A stretch of 64,000 nucleotides of DNA from contig OY760183.1 of assembly GCA_963663275.1 (NCBI GenBank), forward strand, positions 2,240,001-2,304,000, in the 5' to 3' direction. Below are positions 27,906-37,073 of the stretch, piece by piece. How positions within the stretch are numbered: position 1 is the first letter of the stretch; every line of letters begins with the position of its first letter. This DNA comes from Chloroflexota bacterium. GTDB taxonomy: Bacteria; Chloroflexota; UBA11872; VXOZ01. Position numbers and translations under genes: made by a program. Below the pieces are notes generated by a model. The model saw nothing but the letters and a program-made list of their open reading frames with translations. It searched no databases and was not told where the DNA came from.

Positions 27906-29588
27906 GTGTGCGCCGTGTCGAGTATCCGGACTATGGTTGACGTCAACGTGCCGATGCGGGATGGGACCGCTTTGTCCGCCGACATCTTTCTGCCGCCGGA
28001 CGCCGCGCCCGCGCCTACCGTGCTGATGCGCACGCCGTACGGCAACAACACCGACCTCTTGATCGAGAAGGGGCGCTCCCTGGCCGGCCGGGGATATGCC
28101 GCCGTCATGCAGGACGTGCGCGGCCGCTGGGACTCGGAAGGTTCCTATTACCCGGTAAACAATGAAGCCGACGACGGCCACGACACGGTGGAATGGATTG
28201 CCCAGCAGCCGTGGAGCGCCGGCAAGGTCGGCATGGCGGGCGGGTCGTACGTTGGCATCACCCAATGGACCGCCGCCTGGCGGGGCAGCGACCACCTGAC
28301 CTGCATCGTGCCCCGGGTCGCCCCCTGCGACTTCTACGATTCGCCCGGCTATACCCAGGGCGCTCTGCAGATTGGCGTGCTGGCCACGTGGGGCTCGCGC
28401 ACCCATGGCCGCACGGCGCAGAACATCGAGTACGAAGACTGGGGCCGGGTCTTCCGCACGCTGCCTGTGGACGAGATTCCCGCGGCAATTGGGCGAGATC
28501 TGGAGTTCTGGAAAGACTGGGTTCGCCATCCGCACTATGGCGAGTACTGGGAGAAATCCAGCAACAGCGCAAACTGGCAGACCGTCAAAGCGCCGGCCTA
28601 CAACATGGGCGGCTGGTTCGACCTTTACTCCAAGGCCACGTTCGACAATTGGAACGAACTGCGACTGCGCGGCGGCACGGCGGAGGCGCGGCAGAGCCAA
28701 CTCATCATGGGCCCCTGGCCGCATACGCTCTCTATGTCACGAGTTACGGGCCAGGTGGACTTTGGCGCGGACTCGATGGTTGACCTGGATGGTGAAGAGT
28801 TGCGCTGGTTCGACTACTGGCTGAAGGGAGAGCAAAACGGCATTCTGGAAGAACCGCCGCTGCGCCTCTTCATCATGGGAAGCAACGAGTGGCGCAGCGA
28901 GCGCGAGTGGCCGCTGGCGCGCACCGACTGGCAGCGATGGTACTTCCACTCTCGCGGCGCCGCCAATACGCTGAACGGCGACGGCGGCCTCTCCACCGAT
29001 GCGCCGGCGGACGAACCGGCCGATGGCTTTACCTACGACCCCATGGCGCCGGTGCCGACATTGGGCGGCAACAACTGCTGTTCGCCCCACATCGTGCCCT
29101 GGGGGCCGTACGACCAGCAGAATATCGAGATGCGCCAGGACGTGCTGTGCTATACCAGCGAACGGCTGGAGCACGACCTGGAAGTTACCGGCCCGATCAA
29201 GGTGGTTCTCTACGCCGAAACCGATCAACCGGATACCGACTGGACGGCCAAGCTGGTGGACGTCTATCCGGACGGCCGCGCCTTCAGCCTTTGCGATAGC
29301 ATTGTGCGCGCGCGCTTCCGCGAAGGGCGGGAGACGTCGTCACTCATCCGGCCCGGCACGGTCTACGAGTACGAGATCGACCTCTGGGTAATCGGCAACG
29401 TCTTCAAAGCCGGCCACCGCATCCGCGTCGAAGTCTCGTCCAGCAACTTCCCGCGCTTCGACCGGAACCTCAACACGGGCGCGGAGAACAACGGCCTGGA
29501 CGACCAATGGCAAACGGCGCGGCAGGCAGTCCACCACAGCCGGGCCTATCCTTCCCACATCCTGTTGCCTGTTATTCCATCCGCGTGA
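27906..29588 (+). CDS. CocE/NonD family hydrolase
   Basis: VPMRDGTAL, RTPY, QDVRGR..SEG, GGSYVG nucleophile elbow, GGWFD, GPWPH, SSSNFPRFDRN. Confidence 0.93.
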   Translation: MCAVSSIRTMVDVNVPMRDGTALSADIFLPPDAAPAPTVLMRTPYGNNTDLLIEKGRSLAGRGYAAVMQDVRGRWDSEGSYYPVNNEADDGHDTVEWIAQQPWSAGKVGMAGGSYVGITQWTAAWRGSDHLTCIVPRVAPCDFYDSPGYTQGALQIGVLATWGSRTHGRTAQNIEYEDWGRVFRTLPVDEIPAAIGRDLEFWKDWVRHPHYGEYWEKSSNSANWQTVKAPAYNMGGWFDLYSKATFDNWNELRLRGGTAEARQSQLIMGPWPHTLSMSRVTGQVDFGADSMVDLDGEELRWFDYWLKGEQNGILEEPPLRLFIMGSNEWRSEREWPLARTDWQRWYFHSRGAANTLNGDGGLSTDAPADEPADGFTYDPMAPVPTLGGNNCCSPHIVPWGPYDQQNIEMRQDVLCYTSERLEHDLEVTGPIKVVLYAETDQPDTDWTAKLVDVYPDGRAFSLCDSIVRARFREGRETSSLIRPGTVYEYEIDLWVIGNVFKAGHRIRVEVSSSNFPRFDRNLNTGAENNGLDDQWQTARQAVHHSRAYPSHILLPVIPSA

Positions 29589-29724
29589 GGCACGTTGAGG
29601 GAAGGCCCTGGATTCCTCGCTGCGCTCGGAATGACAGTGAATCAGGAATAGTGATATCCAGCCTGCGCCGGGGGTGGCGCGGGGTTCGCTCAAGGCACGG
29701 CCTGGGCGGTCGGCCCTGCCATGG

Positions 29725-29864
29725 GAGACCTTTGCATAACCCCTTCCCCATTGAGGGGGAAGGTTGGGATGGGGGTGCAAAGGCTTGAAAACAGGCTATT
29801 TTTGATTGTAAATGCGGTCTGGATTCCGGCTTTCGCCGGAATGACACAGTTATGCAAAGGTCTC
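29725..29864. mobile_element. MITE-like element 'A' (140 bp) with perfect 16-bp TIRs
   Basis: GAGACCTTTGCATAAC ... GTTATGCAAAGGTCTC, flanked on both sides by CATGG; carries two REP-like hairpins. Confidence 0.8.
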
Positions 29865-29952
29865 CATGGGAATAGCGTGGGATAGCAGTAACTCAAAGTC
29901 GGCCTCTGGCGGCCGGCTTCACCAATGGGGCAACGACAGCTACGTCAGGCGG

Positions 29953-31158
29953 CTACTGGCCCCGCCGGTTTATGCGTTTGCGCAGGAACGTCGGCACGTC
30001 CAGGTCGTGCTCGGTTTCCATTTCCCGCACCTCTTCCTGATCGATCGGAATCACCGACGGTTGCTGCGGATCTTCCGCTCCGCGAGGCTCGGGGGAGGAA
30101 CGCATGTTAATGCGCCGCAGTTCTTGCTCATCGAACCCGGTCGCGATGATCGTAATCTTGAGGTCGGAAGTCATCGAGTCATCGACCACCGAGCCAAAGA
30201 TGATGGTCGCGTCCGGGTCGGCGGCTTTGGAGACGATCTCAGCCGCTTGCGAGACTTCGTGCAGGCTCATGTCCGGCCCGCCGGTGAAGTTCAGCAGAAT
30301 GCCTTTGGCGCCGTCGATGGACATTTCCAGTAGCGGATTGGCCAGAGCGTCGCGCACCGCGTCGGACGCGCGGTTTTCGCCGCTGCCGTAGCCAATGGCC
30401 ATGTAGGCGGTGCCGGAATTCTGCATAATCGTCTTCACGTCGTTGAAGTCCAGGTTGATGAGCCCGGGCTGGGTAATGAGGTCGGAAATGCCCTGGACGG
30501 CCTGGCGCAGCACCTCATCCGCCAGCCGGAAGGCCTCCGCAATGGGCGTATTCTTCGGCGCAATTTGCAGAATCCGGTCATTCGGTATTGTGATGAGCGT
30601 ATCGACGTGCTCGCGCAGTCTGCGGATGCCCTCTTCGGTGATGCGCTTGCGCGGCACGCCCTCCCAGGTGAACGGTTTGGTAACCACGCCCACGGTAAGA
30701 GCGGCGATGCTGCGTGAGATTTCCGCGATGACGGGAGCGGAGCCCGTGCCGGTGCCGCCGCCCATGCCAACGGCGATGAAGACCATGTCGGCGCCGCGCA
30801 GGGCGTCCTGGAGGTCTTCGTAGGCTTCTTCCGCCGCCTTCTCTCCAACCGCGGGGTCGCCGCCGGCGCCGAGACCCTTGGTCAGCTTGTCGCCAATGCG
30901 AATGCGCACCTCGGCGTCGGAACTCATCAAGGTCTGGGCGTCGGTATTGACGGCGATGAACTCAACGCCGCTGACGCGACTCTGGATCATGCGGTCGATC
31001 GCGTTGCCGCCGGCGCCGCCGGCGCCAACCACCTTGATTTGCGCCCAAGACTCCTGCCGCTGCCGGGCGCGCTCCGTGTGCGATTGATCAGACGTATCCG
31101 GCTGATCGGACGGTCCCGGTGACAACCGGGAAATGCGGTTCTCTGAGCCTTGTGCCAT
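29953..31158 (-). CDS. ftsZ: Cell division protein FtsZ
   Basis: IKVVGAGGAGGNA, GMGGGTGTG tubulin signature, NLDFND, C-terminal DLDVPTFLRK. Confidence 0.98.
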   Translation of the reverse strand: MAQGSENRISRLSPGPSDQPDTSDQSHTERARQRQESWAQIKVVGAGGAGGNAIDRMIQSRVSGVEFIAVNTDAQTLMSSDAEVRIRIGDKLTKGLGAGGDPAVGEKAAEEAYEDLQDALRGADMVFIAVGMGGGTGTGSAPVIAEISRSIAALTVGVVTKPFTWEGVPRKRITEEGIRRLREHVDTLITIPNDRILQIAPKNTPIAEAFRLADEVLRQAVQGISDLITQPGLINLDFNDVKTIMQNSGTAYMAIGYGSGENRASDAVRDALANPLLEMSIDGAKGILLNFTGGPDMSLHEVSQAAEIVSKAADPDATIIFGSVVDDSMTSDLKITIIATGFDEQELRRINMRSSPEPRGAEDPQQPSVIPIDQEEVREMETEHDLDVPTFLRKRINRRGQ

Positions 31159-31177
31159 GTGCACCACCTACATTGCG

Positions 31178-32419
31178 TTAACTCATTGGAATGAACGGTC
31201 GCATGATTGAACTAACTCTCGCTGCCACCGCGCCGATGGCGGCGCTGAACGGGCGCCGCCTCCGCGCTCGCTGGAGACGAGCCGCGTAGAGCGACAACCC
31301 CACGCTGGTGGCAAACTCCGGCCGGGAGATTTCCTCGTCCATGCCTTGCAGGGCCGGCGGCACTCCCTGGCGCACCGGCAAGCCCAGCACCGCGGTGGCC
31401 AACTCTTCCAGGCCGTGCAATTCGGAGCCGCCGCCGGTGAGCACCACCCCGGCCGGCAGCACGTCGAAATACCCCGTGCGCCGCAACTCGTCTTTGATGA
31501 GTTCGAGGAGTTCCTCCATTCGCGCAACGACAATCGTGGCCAGGTCTCGGCGCGGGATGACCGACCACTTACCGGGATAGAGGCCGGGAGCATTGAATTC
31601 CGTATTGTCTTCCAATGCGCCTTCTCCCACCGTCCCGCAGCGCAGCTTAATCTCTTCGGCTACGTCCTGGGGCAGCCTGAGGCCATAGGCGATGTCCTTG
31701 GTTATGCTCATGCCGCCGACCGGTATGCTAGCAGTATGCCACGGCAGGCCGTCCATATACAGCGCGATGTCGGTCGTGCCGCCGCCAATGTCCACCAGCA
31801 CAACGCCAAGCTGCTTTTCATGCTCCGTCAGCACCGCCTCGGCCGCCGCGAACGCCTGGGGCATGATCTCCCCATCCACCTCGAGTTCCGCCGCGTTCAC
31901 GCAAGACGTCAGATTGCGAACCGGCCCCACCGCGCCCGTAATCACGTGCACCTCCGCGCCCAGCACGTTGCCGTACATGCCGGCGGGATCGCGAATGCCC
32001 TCGGTGCCGTCGAGGATGAAGCCGACCGGGAATGCCATGAGCATCTGGCGGTCTTCCGGCAGGGAAACGCTGCACGCCATCTCTATGACGTTGTCGATTT
32101 CGGCCGGCGTAATCGATCCTCTGGCCTGCTTCACCACCGTTTCAACCCGCACGATTTGCGAACTGACGGTGCATCCACTCACGCTAAGCTGCGTCGCGAG
32201 CGGTTTCTGCTCGAGCGACTGCTGGAGATGACGCAGGCAGGAATTGATTGACCCTGTCGTTGCCTCCATGTCAATCACGGCCCCGCGCTTCACGCCGAAG
32301 GTTGGCGCTATGCCAGCGCCAAGGACTCGCAAGCGGCCATCCTTCGCGGCTTCACACGCTAGCGCTCGGGTCCGGGTCGTACCCACGTCAAGGCTGACGA
32401 GAACATTCTTCTTGGCCAC
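31178..32419 (-). CDS. ftsA: Cell division protein FtsA
   Basis: LDVGTT, VDIGGGTTD, VLTGGGS; directly upstream of ftsZ. Confidence 0.96.
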   Translation of the reverse strand: MAKKNVLVSLDVGTTRTRALACEAAKDGRLRVLGAGIAPTFGVKRGAVIDMEATTGSINSCLRHLQQSLEQKPLATQLSVSGCTVSSQIVRVETVVKQARGSITPAEIDNVIEMACSVSLPEDRQMLMAFPVGFILDGTEGIRDPAGMYGNVLGAEVHVITGAVGPVRNLTSCVNAAELEVDGEIMPQAFAAAEAVLTEHEKQLGVVLVDIGGGTTDIALYMDGLPWHTASIPVGGMSITKDIAYGLRLPQDVAEEIKLRCGTVGEGALEDNTEFNAPGLYPGKWSVIPRRDLATIVVARMEELLELIKDELRRTGYFDVLPAGVVLTGGGSELHGLEELATAVLGLPVRQGVPPALQGMDEEISRPEFATSVGLSLYAARLQRARRRRPFSAAIGAVAARVSSIMRPFIPMS

Positions 32420-32530
32420 TCCCCCACCTATCTACCTTTGGAAAAGGACTAATACAGTATACCTTGCAGGTCGTATTCCGGCAAATCCCGAATCAGGTAG
32501 TTGTCAAGTACCTTTGTCCGCATTGCCGGT

Positions 32531-33364
32531 TCATGTGCGAAACGTTGGACTCCTGATCGCCTGAAGATCGATGACGGTCATTGGGATCTGCTGCTCCTGC
32601 GCGAACTGCAAGACCGCCAGCAGTTCCCGGGTCTTCTCAAGGAGGCGATCGGCGCTGCCGTACTTCGCTACCCAACCGTCTTCAGCCTCGACCGACAAAC
32701 CCTCTTGCGCGGAGTACCGAAACGCCTTTACGCGCAGCCCGGCGGCTATCAGAAGGTCGCGCAGGGAAAACGCCATCCGCACGGCGCTGGCGTCAACGCG
32801 GTCGCCGGCGCCGAGAGGGATTCCGGTTGTATCGATGATAGTTATCGGGAGATCGGGCGCGTCGCCGCTGCCCAGAATCTCACCGTCGTCCGATACCAGA
32901 TAGACGTGGCCGCCGGCGATCCAGCGCGCCTTAGGCTGTCGTTCGGCCATTTCGACGATGGCCTGGCCCGGCAGCACCAGAAAGAGCCGGGCATCGGCCA
33001 CGGCGGGCAGCCGGGAGATTTCCTGGCTTAGCTGCCCGGGGTCGAGCAGGAAGATCGGCCTGCCCACAATGCCGGTAAACGACTGGATGCGTACGAGGGA
33101 TTCGTCTCCGGCCAGCGTGGGCGGCGTGATGCGGCGTATTGCAATGCTGGACACATAGAATTCAGGCGACGTGAGCAGCCCCCAGAGCGCGAACCCAAGC
33201 AACCCGCCCAGCAGCAGTGAGAGCCACCGGTAGCCAAAGCCAACCACGCCTTTTACCGCCAGGCGCAGCACGCCGCGAACCGACCTGCGACGCTTCCGGC
33301 CGGAAGTTCCGGGCGGCTGCGCCGGGGACGGCGCGCTCTGTGTGAATCCGCTCGGGGCTACCAT
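32531..33364 (-). CDS. ftsQ: FtsQ/DivIB cell division protein
   Basis: Basic N-terminus, single TM, POTRA-like domain (LPAV..A......PG...V...ER.P), C-terminal IDL; position before ftsA. Confidence 0.82.
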   Translation of the reverse strand: MVAPSGFTQSAPSPAQPPGTSGRKRRRSVRGVLRLAVKGVVGFGYRWLSLLLGGLLGFALWGLLTSPEFYVSSIAIRRITPPTLAGDESLVRIQSFTGIVGRPIFLLDPGQLSQEISRLPAVADARLFLVLPGQAIVEMAERQPKARWIAGGHVYLVSDDGEILGSGDAPDLPITIIDTTGIPLGAGDRVDASAVRMAFSLRDLLIAAGLRVKAFRYSAQEGLSVEAEDGWVAKYGSADRLLEKTRELLAVLQFAQEQQIPMTVIDLQAIRSPTFRT

Positions 33365-33368
33365 GTGC

Positions 33369-34361
33369 TTACTGTTTCCATGAACCGAAAAACTCGACTT
33401 CACGTTGTAAATCTACGTGCAGGCGGCTCCGCACGGCTTCTTCGATTGTCCGCACCAGGGTTGCGACGTCATCCGCCGTGGCAGCGCCGCCGTTGATGAT
33501 GAAGTTGGCGTGCTTGTGGGACACGTGAGCGCCGCCCACCGCTTTACCGCGCATTCCGGCCTGATCGATGAGTTCCCAGGCGCTGCGGTGGGCCGCTCCT
33601 TCCGGTGTTCGTGGATTGCGAAAGACTGAGCCCGAACTGGGCGCGGTGGGCTGGGTGCGGTGGCGCGTCTGCAGGCGCTCTTCCACCGCGGCGAGGATGC
33701 GGGGCGCTTCCCCCGGCGCGAGCAGCATCTCCGCTCCCAGCACGACGGCGTATCCGGGCCGCTCCTTGATCGTGCTCGTGCGATAGCCGTAGCGCATCTC
33801 AGCCGGCTCCATCCAGCGTTCGCCGCCGCGGTCCAGCACTTTGATGCGCGTGACGGAGTCGGCCGCGGTCCAGCCATAAGCGCCGGCGTTGTTCACAACC
33901 GCACCGCCTACCGTTCCCGGAATAGTGGCGGCGCCTTCTAAGCCGGAGAGACCCAGGCCGGCGGCCCAGCGCGCGGTGCTGATGAGTGAGCATCCCGCGT
34001 CCGCCCAGATCGATACGCCGTCGGCGCGGCGGCGGCGCTCGCCGCCGTGGTTGCGTATGACCAACCCGCGCACGCCCGCCGGCGCGGCAATGAGATTGGT
34101 GCCGTCGCCGATGACGCGGAACGGGAGGGATTGACGGTACGCCTCGGCGACTATGGCCCGCAGCCCCTGCCGGGAACGCACGCGGATCAGGAGGTCCGCC
34201 GGGCCGCCTACGCGCACGGACGTATGTTTCGCCATCGGTTCGCTCCACGCCGGTTTGAGATTGAGGCCCAGACGCGCGGCGACGGCGGCGATTGTCGCGA
34301 GATTGCTTGCCGCCAATTCCTCGGCAGTCGGGTTCGCGCTGTGTACTGTGCTTGCGGTCAT
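33369..34361 (-). CDS. murB: UDP-N-acetylenolpyruvoylglucosamine reductase
   Basis: HTSVRVGGPAD, G.GTNL, IPGTVGGAVVNNAGAYG, GSVFRNP, KHANFIIN. Confidence 0.95.
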   Translation of the reverse strand: MTASTVHSANPTAEELAASNLATIAAVAARLGLNLKPAWSEPMAKHTSVRVGGPADLLIRVRSRQGLRAIVAEAYRQSLPFRVIGDGTNLIAAPAGVRGLVIRNHGGERRRRADGVSIWADAGCSLISTARWAAGLGLSGLEGAATIPGTVGGAVVNNAGAYGWTAADSVTRIKVLDRGGERWMEPAEMRYGYRTSTIKERPGYAVVLGAEMLLAPGEAPRILAAVEERLQTRHRTQPTAPSSGSVFRNPRTPEGAAHRSAWELIDQAGMRGKAVGGAHVSHKHANFIINGGAATADDVATLVRTIEEAVRSRLHVDLQREVEFFGSWKQ

Positions 34362-35815
34362 GCTGAACTCTCCACCGGTTTGCGCGCGCTGAGGCCCTCG
34401 AGGACGGGATCGCAGAGGAGCGTCACGTCGCCGGCCCCCATCACGATGACCAGATCGCCCGGTTCCACCGCCCGCATCGTCTGTGCGAGCGCGTCGGTGA
34501 GCGTGGCGGCATAGCGAGCGCCGCTGGGTTTGTCGATAGCGTCGGCCAGGTCGGCGCTGGAGAGCGTCAGCGGTTCGTCCCGTCCGGCCGGCTGGTAGAT
34601 TTCCAGCAAAATGAGTTCGTCCGCTCCCCGGAAGGCGCTGCTGAATTCGGCGAAGAGGTCGGCGGTGCGGCTGCGCAGATGCGGTTGATAGACGCAGACG
34701 ACGCGCCCGGCGTGCCACTCCCGCGCGGCCCGCAGCGTGGCGCGGACGGCGGTGGGGTGGTGGGCATAGTCGTCCACAACGGTGACCCCGTTGGCGTTTC
34801 CGCGCACTTCGAAGCGGCGGCGCACTCCCCGGAAGTGATTGAGCGCCAGCGCAACCGAGTGGGCCGGCACGTCCAGCGCGTCCAGCGCCGTTACGCACGC
34901 CAAGGCGTTCAGTACGTTGTGAATGCCCGGCTGGGCCAGCGAGAGGCGGTGGCGTTCGCCGGTGGCGCTTTCGATTTCCGCCTCGATGCCGCCGCCGGGC
35001 AGCGGCGCGAATTCCCTGCCCACCCAATCGGCATTGCCGCGCAGAGACCAAGCAGCGAGCCGACGCTTGGCGGCGGCGCCGTCAGCCGGCGCTCCGCCGG
35101 CGGCAAGGTCGGTGGACACGCGCCGGCAGGCGGCGCTGTCGGCATGGATCGCGACCGTCCCATCGGGAGGCAGCCTACTCGCGAACGCTCTATAGGCGCT
35201 TTCGAGGCTGTCCACGGAGCCGTAAGTATCGAGATGGTCGGCTTCGACCGCCGTCACGACCGCGACGGTTGGATGGAGTTCGAGGAAGGCGCGGTCGAAC
35301 TCGTCGGCCTCGGTCACCAGAATTGCGCCGCCGCCCCAGTGGGCGCTATGGGGGAAGTTCAGCGGGTCGCCGCCTATCATGTACGACGGATCGTGTTTGG
35401 TGACGCGCAGCGCGTGCGCGATCATGGCGGTGGTGGTCGTCTTGCCGTGGGTGCCGGCAACGGCGATCGTCGTCTTGCCCAGCGTGAACGCGCCCTGCAC
35501 GACCGCGCGCTTGACCGTGGGGAACCGCTGCCGCCCGGCGGCGGCGAGTTCGGGGTTGTCGGGCGCTATGGCCGAACTGTACACGACCAAGTCGGCGCCG
35601 GCGACGTTGGCGGCGGCGTGCCCAAGCTCTACGGCAACTCCCTGCCCGCGCAGGGCAGCGAGGGCGGGCGCATCGGCCGCGTCCGAACCGCTGACGCTAT
35701 GCCCTTGCTGCGCGAGTATGCGCGCCAGGCCGGACATGGCCGCGCCGCCTACGCCAATCAGGTGGACGCGGCGCGGTTGGCTTTCCAGATACTCGTGTAA
35801 TTCGTGGGCGTTCAC
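34358..35815 (-). CDS. murC: UDP-N-acetylmuramate--L-alanine ligase
   Basis: HLIGVGGAAMSGLA, AGTHGKTTTT, EADEFD, DHLD, DDYAHHP, QPH. Confidence 0.96.
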   Translation of the reverse strand: MNAHELHEYLESQPRRVHLIGVGGAAMSGLARILAQQGHSVSGSDAADAPALAALRGQGVAVELGHAAANVAGADLVVYSSAIAPDNPELAAAGRQRFPTVKRAVVQGAFTLGKTTIAVAGTHGKTTTTAMIAHALRVTKHDPSYMIGGDPLNFPHSAHWGGGAILVTEADEFDRAFLELHPTVAVVTAVEADHLDTYGSVDSLESAYRAFASRLPPDGTVAIHADSAACRRVSTDLAAGGAPADGAAAKRRLAAWSLRGNADWVGREFAPLPGGGIEAEIESATGERHRLSLAQPGIHNVLNALACVTALDALDVPAHSVALALNHFRGVRRRFEVRGNANGVTVVDDYAHHPTAVRATLRAAREWHAGRVVCVYQPHLRSRTADLFAEFSSAFRGADELILLEIYQPAGRDEPLTLSSADLADAIDKPSGARYAATLTDALAQTMRAVEPGDLVIVMGAGDVTLLCDPVLEGLSARKPVESSA

Positions 35816-35825
35816 TCTTCGTCCT

Positions 35826-37073
35826 CTAGCCGCCGACCGGACGCCGCGACGGAGCGGACCGGTTTGGCCCGGTGTTCCAGCGGCGACGGCGTTTCTTCTT
35901 GGTCACGGTTACAGTCTGAGTCGAGATGTTCAAAAGCAGACCCATGGCAATCGAACTCGCCAGCAGCGAAGACCCGCCGGCGCTCAAGAAGGGGAGCGGT
36001 ATCCCCGTAAAGGGCACTAAACCGGTCACGACCGCCATGTTCAGCAGCGCCTGTCCGAAAAGCCCGCACGTGAGACCGAGGGCGAGCAATTGTCCGAACA
36101 TGTCCGGCGCTTTGGCGGCAATGCTGAATCCCCGCCAGGCGAGCAGCACGAATAGAATCAACACCGCCAGCGCGCCAATCAGGCCCAATTCTTCGCCAAT
36201 CACGGCATAGATGCTGTCCGTGTGCGGTTCCGGCATGTAGAAGAATTTTTGCATGCCTCTGCCCAGGCCGACACCGCTGATGCCGCCTGAACCAAATGCC
36301 AGGAAGACCTGGTACGTGTGCAGCCCCACGTTGTCCTGGTACGCCGGATTGAGCGGGTCCAGGAAGGCGACAAGCCGCTGCACGCGATAGGGATACATGG
36401 TGACGGCGTACCACACCGCGAGCGGCACGGCGGCAAACAGGCCGAGGAGGTACAGGACAGGGACGCGGGCGGCGATGAGAATCGAGAAGCCGATGAGCGC
36501 AATCATCAGCGCGGTGCCAAGATCGGGCTGCTGCGCAACTATGGCGGCTACGGCGCCGAGGATGCCAATCGGCAAGAGAAAGAAGAGCAGTCTGTTCCCC
36601 TCAGGATTGCGTTTGGCAAGCAACTGGGCCAGATAGAGGGCAATGATCGGTTTCGCGAATTCGCTAGGCTGCATGCTGAAAGGCCCCAGGCGAATCCAGC
36701 GGACCGATCCCCTGGCCACGTGGCCGATGTCCGTGACGGCCATCAGAATCAGGACCATCACGATGCCGGCCAACAGCCAGAAGGCGACGTTGACGCCGCA
36801 GAACTGGATGCGCTCGAGCCAGTGGTAGTCAATGCGCTGCATCGTAATCGCCGCCGCCAGGCCGACGATGAAATACATGAGTTGACGCCGGAAGTAGAAG
36901 TGCGGGTCGCCGGTTTCCGCGTAGGCAACCGCAATGCTGGCGCTATACACGGCCAACAGCCCGACTAACGGCAGCGCCAACATGAGGACCGTGAGCGGCA
37001 CGTCCGGCCAGCGCGTACGCTTGGCGTCGTCGCTTACGGGTGCGGATACGGCTCGCGGCAGAATGCGTATCAT
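35826..37073 (-). CDS. ftsW: SEDS peptidoglycan glycosyltransferase FtsW
   Basis: RWI.LG...QPSEFAK, QPDLGT, PEPHTD.I..VIGEELG, GIPLPFLS.GGSS. Confidence 0.95.
   Translation of the reverse strand: MIRILPRAVSAPVSDDAKRTRWPDVPLTVLMLALPLVGLLAVYSASIAVAYAETGDPHFYFRRQLMYFIVGLAAAITMQRIDYHWLERIQFCGVNVAFWLLAGIVMVLILMAVTDIGHVARGSVRWIRLGPFSMQPSEFAKPIIALYLAQLLAKRNPEGNRLLFFLLPIGILGAVAAIVAQQPDLGTALMIALIGFSILIAARVPVLYLLGLFAAVPLAVWYAVTMYPYRVQRLVAFLDPLNPAYQDNVGLHTYQVFLAFGSGGISGVGLGRGMQKFFYMPEPHTDSIYAVIGEELGLIGALAVLILFVLLAWRGFSIAAKAPDMFGQLLALGLTCGLFGQALLNMAVVTGLVPFTGIPLPFLSAGGSSLLASSIAMGLLLNISTQTVTVTKKKRRRRWNTGPNRSAPSRRPVGG

Noticed and set aside
34362-35051. N-terminal extension of murB (560-aa ORF), and similar extensions of rsmH, gatD, nadB and the GT2 at 11808
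   Set aside because: These overlap upstream genes or leaders in another frame and reflect stop-codon scarcity at high GC.
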